64,000 nt of DNA from the human T2T-CHM13v2.0 reference genome, Homo sapiens, in NCBI RefSeq assembly GCF_009914755.1, contig NC_060947.1; one strand, given 5' to 3'. Made by a program: the position numbers and the translations under genes. This document shows, in pieces, positions 16,367 to 31,728 of this stretch; position 1 is the first letter of the stretch, and each line of letters starts with the position of its first letter. A model generated the notes under the pieces. The model was not told the origin of the DNA. It saw nothing but the letters and a program-made list of their open reading frames with translations, and did not search any database.

Positions 16367-17115
16367 GGCCCGCAGGTGCACAGAAGTCAACAACTGAGGT
16401 TTGGTAACTTCTGTTTAGATTTCAGAGAATGTATGAAAAGCCTGGATGTCCAGGCAGAAGTCTGCTGTAGTGGCAGAGCCCTCATGGAGAACCTCTGCTA
16501 GGTCAGTGCAAAAGGAAAATGTGAGGTTGAAGCCCCCACACAGTCTACACTGGGGTACTGCCTAGTGGAGCGCTGAGAAAAGGGCTACCGTCCTCCAGAC
16601 CCCAGAATGGTAGATCCATCAATAACTTTCACCATGCACCTGGAAAAGCTGCAGGCACTCACCAGACCATTAGAGCAGCCACAGGGGCTGAACCCTGCAA
16701 AGCCACAGAGTTGTCCAAAGTCTTGGGAGCCCACCATTTGCATCAGCATGCACTGGATGTGAGATATGAAGTCAAAGGAGTTTTTTTGGAGCTTTAAGGT
16801 TGATTGACTCCCCTGCTGGATTTCAGATTGCATGGGGCCTGTGGCACCTTTGCTTTGGCCAATTTATTCCATTTGAAATGGAAAAATTTACCCAATGTCT
16901 GTACCTGTATTGTATTTTGGAAGTAACTAACTCATTTTTGACTTTATAGACTCCTAGGTAAAAGATACTTGCATTGTCTCAGATAGGACTTTGAATTTAA
17001 ACTTTTGGGTTAATGCTGGAATGAGCTAAAACTTTGGGGGACTGTTGAGAAGAAGACATGATTGTGTTTTGAAATGTGAGAAAGACATGAGATTTGGGAG
17101 TGGCCAGGGGCAGAA
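16367..17115 (+). mobile_element. THE1-int 3' portion (5' LTR and 5' internal region deleted)
   Basis: MaLR-int sequence fused directly to L1 ORF2 at about 16366. Confidence 0.85.
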
Positions 17116-17487
17116 TAATATGGCTTGGTTTTGTCCCCACCCAAATTTCATCTCTAATTGTAATCTGAATTATACTCCACCACATGTTGGAAGAGAGACC
17201 TGGTGGGAGTTGATCGGATCATGGGGGTGGTTCCCCCCATGTTGTTCTCATGACAGTGAGTGAGTTATCACAAGATCTGGTTTTACAAGTGGTGGATTCC
17301 CCTGTGTGCTCTCTCTCTCTCTCACCTGCCACCATGTAAGACATGCCTGCTTCATCTTTTGTCATGATTGTAAGTTTCCTGAGGCCTCTCCAGCCCTTTA
17401 GAACTGTGAGTCAATTAAACCTCTTTTCTTTACAAATTACCCAGTCTTGGGCAATTCTTTATAGCAATGTGAAAATAGACTAATACA
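17116..17487 (+). mobile_element. THE1 (C/D-like) 3' LTR
   Basis: taatatggcttgg...gtgagtcaattaaacctctt...gactaataca. Confidence 0.9.
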
Positions 17488-17820
17488 CTTCCCAAAGAAA
17501 TCTACAGATTCAATGCCATTCCTATCAAATTAGCAATGACATTATTCCCAGAATTAGAAAGAAACTATAATTTATATAAAACCAAAAAATAAAAGGAATA
17601 TCACCACTCACTTCACAGAAATACAACCTACCATGCAGCAAATACTGCAAACACCTCTGTGCAGATAAACTAGAAAATCTAGAAGAAATGGAGAAATTCC
17701 TGGTTGGGTACACCCTACCAAGGCTAAACCAGGAAAAAGTCAAATCCCTGAATAGACCAATAAAAAGGTCTAAAACTGAAGCAGTAATTAATAGCCTACC
17801 AGACCAAAAAAGTCCAGGAA
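17488..17820 (+). mobile_element. Two non-colinear L1 ORF2 fragments (17488-17590 old host; 17591-17820 upstream ORF2 segment)
   Basis: First fragment encodes [14 protein letters not shown]; second encodes [12 protein letters not shown]...NSLP..KSPG. Confidence 0.75.
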
Positions 17821-20800
17821 CAAAGATGGCCAAAAAGGAACAGCTCCAGTCGACAGCTCCCAGCAAGATCAATGCAGAAGGTGAGTGATTTCTGCATTTC
17901 CAAAGGAAGTACACAGCTCATCTCATTGGGACTGATTGGACAGTGGGTGCAGCCCATGGAGGGTGAGCCAAAGCAGGGTGGAACATCACCTCACCCAGCA
18001 AGCACAAGAGGTAGGGGAATTCCCTCCACTACCCAAGGGAAGCCATGAGGTACTGTGCAGTGAGGAATGGTGCACTCCAGCCCAGACACTGTGCTTTTCC
18101 CAGAGTCTTTGCAACCTGCACACCAGGAGATTCCCTAAGGTGCCTACATCACCAGGGCCCTGGGTTTCAAGCAAAAAACTGGGTGGCCGTTTGGTCAGAC
18201 ACTGAGCTAGCTCCATGAGTCTTTTTTCCATACCCCAGTGGCACAAGAAACTCCAGCGAGATAGAACCATTCACGCCTCTGGAAAAAGGGCTGAAGCCAG
18301 GGATCCAAGTGGTCTGCCTCAGCAAGACCCACCCACACAGGGCACAGCAATCTAAGATACACTGGCTTGAAATTCTCACTGCCAGCACAGCAGACTGAGG
18401 TGAACCTGGGACACTTGAGCTTGGTGGGAAGAGAGGCATCTGCCATTGCTGAGGCTAGAGTGGGTGGTTTTCCCCTTACGGTGTAAAGAAAGCTGCTGGG
18501 AAGTTCAAACTGGTTGAAGCACACCACAGCTTAGCAAAGCCACTGTGGCCAGATTGCCTTTCTAGATTCCTCCTCTCTGGACAGGGCATCTCTGAAAGAA
18601 AGGCAGGAGCCCCAGTCAGGGGCTTACAGATAAAACCCTATCTCTCTGGGACAGAGCACCTGGGGGAAGGGGCAGCTGTGGGCGCAGTTTCAACAGACAT
18701 AAATGTCCCTGCCTGACAGCTCTGAAGAGAGGAGCAGATGTCCCAGCACAGCTTTCAAACTCTGCTAAGGGTCAGACTGCCTGCTCAAGTGGGTCCCTGA
18801 CTCCCGTGTATCCTGAATGGGAGAGAACTACCAATAGGGCCTGAAAGACACCTCATTCAGGGGAGCTCTGGCTGGCATCTGGTGGGTTTCCCTCTGGGAT
18901 GAAGCATCCAAAGGAAAAAACAGGCAGCAATCTTTGCTGCTCTGCAGCCTCCGCTTCTGATACTCAGGGAAACTGTCTAAAGTAAATCTCCAGCAAATTC
19001 CAACAGACCTGAAGGAGAGGGGCCTGACTATTGGAAGGAAAACTAAGAAACAGAAAGGGATGGCAACAACATCAATAAAAAGGACAGCCACTCAGAGGCC
19101 CCATCCAAAGGTCAGCAACATCAAACACCAAAGGCAGATAAATCCAGGAAGACGGGGAGAAACCAGTGCAAAAAGTTGAAAATTCCAAAAATCAGAACGC
19201 ATCTTCTCCTTCAAAGGATCCCAACTCCTCGCCAGCAAGGGAACAAAACTGGATGGAGAATGAGTTTGACGAATTGACAGAAGTAGGCTTCAGAAGGTGG
19301 GTAGTAACAAACTCCTCCAAGCTCAAGGAGCATGAGAGCATGATCTAACTCAGTGCAAAGAAGCTAAGAACCTTGAGAAAAGGTTAGACGAATTGCTAAC
19401 TAGAGTAACCAGTTTAGAGAAGAAGATAAATGACCTGATGGAGCTGAAAACCACAGCACAAGAACTTTGTGAAGAATATACAACTATCAATAACCAAATC
19501 AATCAAGCAGAAGAAAAGATATCAGAGATTGAAGATCAACTTAATGAAATAAAGTGAGAAAACAAGATTAGAGAAAAAGGAATGAAAAGAAATGAAGAAA
19601 GCCTCCAAAAAATATGGGATTCTGTGAAAAGACCAAATCCACGTTTCATTGGTGTACCTGAAAGTGATGGGGAGAATGGAACCAAGTTTGAAAACACTCT
19701 TCAGGATATTATCCAGGGGAACTTCCTCAACCTAGTAAGACCAACCAACATTCAAATTCAGGAAATATGGAGAACACCACAAAGATAATCCTAGAGAAGG
19801 GCATCCCCAAGACACATAATCATCAGATTAACCAAGGTTAAACTGAAAAAAAAAATGTTAAGGGCAGCCAAAGAGAAAGATCAGGTTACCCACAAAGAGA
19901 AGCCCATCAGACTAACAGTGGATCTCTCTGCAGAAACCTGACAAGCCAGAAGAGAGTGAGGGACAATATTCAACATTCTTAAAGAAAAAATTTTCAACAC
20001 AGAATTTTATATCCACTGAAACTAAGTTTCACAAGCGAAGGAGAAATAAAATCCTTTACAGACAAGCAACTGATGAAACATTTTGTCGTCTACCAGACCA
20101 GCCTTACAAGAGCCCCTGAAGGAAGCACTAAACATGGAAGAAAAACACCAGTACTGGCCACTGCAAAAACATAACAAATTGTGAAGACCATCAACACTAT
20201 CAAGAAACTGCATCAACTAATGAGCAAAATAACCAGCTAGCATCATAATGACAGGATCAAATTCACACATAACAATATTAACCTTCAAGGTAAACAGGGT
20301 AAATGCCCCAGTTGAAAGACGCAGACTGGCAAATTGGATAAAGAGTCAAGACCCATTGGTGTGCTATATTCAGGAGAACCATCTCACGTGCAAAGGCACA
20401 CATATGCTCAAAACAAAGGGATGGAGGAATATTTACCAAGCAAATGGAAAGCCAAAAACAGCAGGGGTTGCAATTTTAGTCTCTGCTAAAAAAGACTTTA
20501 AAACAACAAAGATCAAAAGACACAAAGAAGGGCATTACATAATGGTAAAGGGATAAATGCAACAGAAAGAGCTAAATATATGAGAGCTATCCTATATATA
20601 CATATATATGCACCCAAGACAGGAGCACCCAGATTCATAAAACAAGTTCTTAGAGACCTAAAAAGAGATGTAGACTCCTGCATAATAATAATGGGAGACT
20701 TTAACATGTCACAGTCAATATTAGACAGATAGCAAGACAGAAAATTAACAAAGATACTTAGGACTTGAACTCAGCTCTGGACCAAGTCGACTTAATAGAC

Positions 20801-23800
20801 ATCTACAAAACTCTCCACCTCCAAATTAAAAAAATATATATTCGTCTCAGCACCTCATCACACTTATTCTAAAATTGACCACATAGTTGAAAGTAAAACA
20901 CTCCTCAGCAAATGTAAAAGAATGGAAATCATAACAAACAGTCTCTCAGACCACAGTGCCATCAAATTAGAACACAAAATTAAGAAACTCACTGAAAACC
21001 GAACAACTACATGAAAACTGAACACCCTGCTCCTGAATTACCACTGGGTAAGTTCCTAAATTAAGGCATAAATAAAGATGTTCTTTGAAACCAATGAGAA
21101 CAAAGACAAAACGTACCAAAATCTCTGGGACACATTTAAAGCAGTGTTTAGATGGAAACTTATTGCACTAAATGTGCACATCAGAAAGCAGGAAAGATCT
21201 AAAATCGACACCCTAACATCAAAATTAAAAGAACTAGAGAAGCAGTAGAAAACAAATTCAAAAGTTACCAGAAGACAGGAAATAACTAAGATCAGAGAAG
21301 AACACAAGGAGATAGAGACATGAAAAACTCTTCAAAAAATTAATGAATTAAGGAGCTGTTTTTTTAATGATCAACAAAATAGACCACTAGCCAGAATAAT
21401 GAAGAAGAGAGAAGAATCAAATAGACATAATAAAAAATGATAAAGGGGATATCGTCACTGATCACATAGAAATACAAACTACCATCAGAGAATACTATAA
21501 ACACCTCTATGCAAATAAACTAGAAAACCTAGAATAAATGGATAAATTCCTGGACACATATATCCCCCCAAGACAAAACCAGGAAGAAGTCAAATCCCTG
21601 AATAGACTAATAACAAGTTCTGAAAGTGAGGCAGTAATTAATAGCCTACCAACCAAAAGAAGTCCAGGACAAGAAGGATTCACAGCTACATTATACCAGA
21701 GGTGCAGAGAGGAGCTGGCACCATTTCTTTTGAAACTATTCCAAACCATAGAAAAAGAGGTACTCCTCCCTAACTCATTCTATGAGGCCAGCATTACCCT
21801 GATACCAAAACCTGACAGACACAACAAAAAAATTTCAGGCCAATATCCCAGATGAACATCGATTCAAAAATTCTCAATAAAATACTAGCAAACTGAATCC
21901 AGCAGCACATCAAAAGCTTATCCACCACGATCAAGTCATCTTCATCCCTATGATGCAAGACTGGTTCAACATATGCAAATCAACAAACATAATCCATCAC
22001 GTAAACAGAACCAAAGACAAAAACCACATGATTATCTCAATAGATGCAGAAAAAACCTTTGATAAAATTCAACATCCCTTTATTAAAAACTCTCAATAAA
22101 CTAGCTATTCTTGGAACATACCTCAAAATAATAAGAGCTATTTATGACAAACCCACAGCCAATATCATATTGAATGAACAAAAGCTGGAAGCATTCCCTA
22201 TGGGAACCGGCACATGACAAGGATACCCTCCTTCACCACTCCTATTCAACACAGTATTGGAAGTTCTGGCCTGGGCAGTCAGGCAAGAGAAAGAAATAAA
22301 GGGTATTCACATAGAAAAAAGGAAGTCAAATTGTCTCTGTTTGCAGATGACATGATTGTATATTTAGAAAACACCATCATCTCAGCCCTAAAACTTCTTA
22401 AGCTAATAAGAAACTTCAGCAAAATCTCAGCATACAAAATTAATGTGCAAAAATCACAAGCATACTTTTACAACAACAATAGGCAAGCAGAGAACCAAAT
22501 CATGAATGAACTCCCATTCACAATTACTATAAAAAGAATAAAATGCCTAGGAATACAGCTAACAAATGATGTGAAGGACTTCTTCAAGAACAACAAACTA
22601 CTGCTCAAGGAAATAGGAGACAAACAAATGGAAAAACATTCCATCCTCATCGACAGGAAAAATCAATGTCATGAAAATAGCCATACTGCCCAAAGTAATT
22701 CATAGATTCAATGCTATTCCCATCAAACTACCATTGACATTCTTCACAGAATTAGAAAAAATTTAAATTTCATATGGATCAAAGAAAAATTTAAATTTCA
22801 TATGGATCAAAGAAAATCTCGTATAGCCAAGACAATCCTCACCAAAAGAACAAAGCTGGAGGCATCACGCTACATGACTTCAAACTATATTACAAGGCTA
22901 CACATAGATCAATGGAATAAAATAGAGACCTCAGAAATAACACCACACATCTACACCGTCTGATCTTTGACAAACATGACAAAAACAAGCAATGGGGAAG
23001 GATCTCCTGTTCAACAAATGGTGCTGGTAAAACTGGCTAGCCATATGCAGAAAACTGAAACTGGACCCCTTCCTTACATCTTATACAAAAATTAACTCAA
23101 GATGGACTGAAGACTTAAATATACACCCCAAAACCATAAAACCCTAAAAGAAAACCTAGGCAATACCATTCAGGACATAGGCATGAGAAAAGACTTCATG
23201 ACTAAAACACCAAAAGCGATGGCAACAAAAGCCAAAGTTGACAAATGGGATCTAACTAAACTAAAGAGCTTCTGGACAGTAAAAGAAACTATCATCAGAG
23301 TGAACATGCAACCTACAGAATGGGAGAAAATTTTTGCAAGCTACCCATCTAACAAAGGTCTAATATCCAGAATTTACAAGGAACATAAACATATTTACAA
23401 GGAAAAAACAAACAACCCCATCAAAAAGTGGGCAAAGGATATGAACAGACACTTATCAAAAGAAGACATTTAGATGGTCAACAAATATATGAAAAAAGCT
23501 CAACATCACTGATCATCAGAGAAATGCAAATAAAAACCACAATGAGCTACCATCTCACACCAGTCAAAATGGTGATTATTAAAAAGTCAGGAAACAATAG
23601 ATGCTGGTGACACTGTGGAGAAATAGGAATATTTTTACACTGTTGGTGGGAATGTAAATTAGTTCAACCATTGTGGAAGACTGTGTGGCAATTCCTCAAG
23701 GATCTAGAACCAGAAATAACATTCGACCCAGCAAATCCATTAACGTATGTTTATTCCAATAAACTTGTTTATTGCAGCACTATTTACAATAGCAAAGACA

Positions 23801-24225
23801 TGGAACCAACCCAAATGCCCACCAATAATAGACTGGATTTTCAAAAAATGCGGTACATATACACCATGGAATACTATGCAGTGATAGTATGAGAAAGAAA
23901 AAGAATGAGATTATGTCCTTTGCAGGGACATAGATTAAGCTGGAAATCATCATCCTCAGGAAGCTAACACAGGAACAGGAAACTAAACAGCGCATGGTCT
24001 CACTCATAAGTGGGAGTTGAACATTGAGAACTCATGAACAGAGAAACGGGAACAACACACACCACGGTCTGTTGGGAGGTGGAGGGTGAGGGGACAGAAC
24101 TTAGAGGACGGGTCAATAGGTGTAGCAAACCACCATGGCATATGTATACCTATGTAACAAACCTGCACGTTTTGCATGTGTGTCCAGTTTTTTCTTTAGA
24201 AGAAATTAAGAAAAAAAAAAGAAAA
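17821..24225 (+). mobile_element. Full-length L1PA7/L1PA8-like element, inactive; copy E
   Basis: 5'UTR aagatggcc...ctcccagcaagatcaatgcagaagg; ORF1/ORF2 remnants; L1PA8-type 3'UTR (gaacttagaggacgggtcaatagg); poly(A); no TSD found. Confidence 0.9.
22757..22812 (+). repeat. 28-bp tandem duplication inside L1 ORF2
   Basis: aaaaatttaaatttcatatggatcaaag x2. Confidence 0.9.
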
Positions 24226-24306
24226 ATATATATATATGGCCAGAATAAACATCTCATCTAAATTTTGCTCCTAAAAAAACATTAAGCAAAGGACATGAGC
24301 AGGCAC

Positions 24307-28518
<4,212 letters not shown>

Positions 28519-28865
28519 TCAACAAAGTAAACATACAACCTATAGGATGGGAGAAAATATTCACACACTATGCATCTGACAAATGTGTAACATCCAGAAT
28601 CTATGAGCAACTTAACCAATTCAACAAGCAAAAACCAAACACCACATTAGAAAATTGGCAGGTAATATGAACAGACACTTTTCAAAAGAAGACATACATG
28701 TGAACAACAAATATATGGAAAAATGTTCAACATTACTAATCACTAGAGAAATGCAAATCAAAACAACAATGAGATACTGTCTCATACCAGTCAGGGGGGC
28801 TATTGTTAAAAAGTCAAAAAATAACAGGTGTTGGTGAGGTTACAGGGAAAAGGAAATGCTTATAT
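28519..28865 (+). mobile_element. L1PA16-like host, piece 4
   Basis: atcaacaaagtaaac continues from actatcaa at 9548; ORF 28655-28837 is L1 ORF2. Confidence 0.75.
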
Positions 28866-29329
28866 TGAGAGAGGAGATCACTCCTCATATTGTCTTATAC
28901 TTAATTTTTTGTTTACTGAAAAAGTAAAAGTTTAAAAAATAGGCAGAAGTGAAAATCATAGTCAGACAACCAAGTGCCACATTTTGGGCCTGGTAGTTAA
29001 AATTCAACCCCTGACCTCACCACTTGTGGTATCTATAGATTCGAGACATTGTATGAAAAAGCATTATGAAACTCCCTGTTCTGTTCTGTTTCATTCTGAT
29101 TACTGGTGCATGCAGCCCCCAGTCACATACCCCTCGCTTGCTCATTCAATCACGACCTCCCCCTCACACAGCCCCTTTAGAGTTGTGAGCCCTTAAAAGG
29201 GACAAGAATTACTTATTTGGGGAGCTCGGTTTATATGATGTGAGTCTGCCAATGCTCCCAGCTGAATAAAGCTGTTTATTTCCACAATCTGGTGTCTGAG
29301 GGATTTTGTCTATGACTCTTGCTGCTACG
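28866..29329 (+). promoter_or_regulatory. HERV-E 5' LTR (LTR2 family)
   Basis: tgagagaggagatcactcctcatattgtc...; TATA-like cttaaaag and AATAAA; direct repeat of 37419-37882. Confidence 0.92.
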
Positions 29330-29334
29330 TTTCT

Positions 29335-29352
29335 TGGTTCCCTGACTGGGAA
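29335..29352 (+). promoter_or_regulatory. Primer binding site, tRNA-Glu
   Basis: TGGTTCCCTGACTGGGAA, 17/18 match to the complement of the tRNA-Glu(CTC) 3' end. Confidence 0.9.
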
Positions 29353-29851
29353 GTGAGGTAATTGGCAGAGGGTTGAGGCAGCCCCTTAGTTGGCTTTGGC
29401 CTGTCCTGTGGAAAATTCCTGTGGGGGACACTGACCAGCCTGAGCGATGCAGACCCAGAGTGCTCCTGGGTAGGCAATTACCCCAGTGGAATGCCTCACC
29501 AGAGCAGCATGTGGCAGGCCCCCACAGAGGAACCATGCAGTGACTGAACACCAGGAAGGAACTGGCACGTGGGGTCCAGACGTCTGAAACTTGGTAAGAC
29601 TAGTCTCTGGAATTTGCCCACTCCATTTGAGTGCAAGTGTGGCCTGATCACCCATGATGTGCCCATGTCAGTACTTTGGTTTTGGTTTTAACTTAAATTG
29701 CTTGGTATTTGGTTCTGGTTTTGGTTTTGACTTGGCTCAGATTTCTTGATACTCAGATTTTGGTTTTAATTATTAGTTGTGTGTGTGTACCCTCTTTCTT
29801 GTTCTTTTTGTGTGAGGTGTGTGTGTGTGGTGAGAGTGTGAGAAAAAAAAC

Positions 29852-31728
29852 ATGGGTCAGGCACAAAGTAAGCCCACTCCATTAGGAACTATGCTAAAGA
29901 ATTTCAAAAAGGGATTTAAAGGAGATTGTAGAGTCACTATGACACTAGGGAAATTTAAAAGTTTGTGTGAGATAGACTGGCCAGCCTTAGAGGTGAATTG
30001 GCCATCAGAAGGAAGCCTGGACAGGTCCCTTAACTCGAAGGTATGGCACAAGGTAACCTGTAAGCCAGGTCACCCAGACCAGTTCCCCTATATAGATTCC
30101 TGGTTACAGCTAGTTTTGGACCCCCCTCAGTGGTTAAGAGGGCAGGTGGCAGCAGTACTAGTAGCAAAGGGATGGTCAGTTAAGGAAGGTTCTCACTCCA
30201 CCTGCAAAGGGAAGTCGGTACATAAAGTCCTATCTGATCCAATGCCTGATGACTCCTGGCAGGACATGGCACTGACAGTCCCCCCTTACCAAGGAGAAAG
30301 ACTCCCCACTCTTGAGCCCACAGCACCTACACCCTCGCAAGACATCCACACCCCTAGACCACCCAGAGTAGACAAAAAGGAAAGAGAAGCTACAGGAGAA
30401 ACTCCTCCCTTGGCAGCCCGCTTATGACCTAAGACTGGAATCCAAATACCCCTGAGGGAGCAGCAATATACTGGGGTAGATGAGGACAGGCACAAGGTGG
30501 AAAGACGTGCCTTTGTGTATCAGCCTTTCACTTCTGCCAATCTCCCAACTTGGAAAAACAATACACCCTCTTATACTGAGAAACCCCAGGCCTTAATTGA
30601 TCTGCTCCAAATCATTATACAGACTCACAATCCCACTTGGGCTGATTGTCACCAGCTGCTCATGTACCTCTTTAATACTGATGAGAGGTGAAGGGTACTC
30701 CAGGCAGCAACCAAGTGGCTGGAAAAACATGTACCAGCCGATTTCCAAAACCCTCAAAAATATGTAAAAATTCAGCTTCCAGGAACAGACCCCCAGTGGG
30801 ACATGAATGATGGGCCAGATATGGAAAGGTTAAAGTGGTACAGAGTGGCATTATTAGAAGGCCTAAAGAAAGGGGCTCAAAAGGCTATAAACGTGAATAA
30901 AGTTTCTAAAGGTATCCAAGGAAAAGAGAAAAGTCTGGGACAATTCTATGAGAGACTGTGTGAGACTTACCGTATGTACACCCCCTTTGACCCAGCCAGC
31001 CCTGAAAATCAGCGCATGATTAACAAAGCCCTAGTTACCCAAAGTGCAGAAGATATTAGGAGAAAATTACAGAAACAAGCTGGATTTGTGGATATGAATA
31101 CATCACAGTTACTGGAAATAGCTAATCAAGTGTTTGTGAACAGAGATGCAACCAGCTGCAGGAGAAGCCGTAAAGAAGGCAATTGCCAGTCCCGGTGAAA
31201 CACCAACTTGCTATTAGAGGAATCCCGCCAAAAAGGCAGGAAAAGGGGGATTCTGGGAAAAACACCCAGCCCAACCGCCCACAGTTAAAACGTAACCAGT
31301 GTGCCTATTGAAACCAAACACCGCATATTCTCACTCATAGGTGGGAATTGAACAATGAGATCACATGGACACAGGAAGGGGAATATCACACTCTGGGGAC
31401 TGTGGTGGGGTGGGGGGAGGGGGGAGGGATAGCACTGGGAGATATACCTAATGCTAGATGACGAGTTAGTGGGTGCAGCGCACCAGCATGGCACATGTAT
31501 ACATATGTAACTAACCTGCACAATGTGCACATGTACCCTAAAACTTAAAGTATAATAAAAAGAAAAAAAAGATACCAATAAATGTAAAAAAAAAGAAAAG
31601 AAAATAGGGCATTGGAAAGATAAGTGCCCCCAGTTAAAAAAACAAAAAAGCAAGGAGGTTTGGAGCAAAAAGCCTCAGATAAGGATGAAGGAGCCTTGTT
31701 CAATTTAGCTGAAGGGTTGCTGGACTTA
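29852..31728 (+). pseudogene. gag: HERV-E gag (disrupted)
   Basis: MGQAQSKPTPLGTMLKNF myristoylation start, PPY late-domain-like motif, MHR-like QGKEKSLGQFYERL, CCHC knuckle split by an L1; several stops. Confidence 0.9.
31311..31600 (+). mobile_element. Short 5'-truncated L1PA2-like insertion in gag
   Basis: gagatcacatgg, gaatatcacactct, gctagatgacGAGttagtggg, ctaacctgcacaatg, cttAaagtat: L1PA2 diagnostics, not L1HS ACA/G. Confidence 0.9.
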
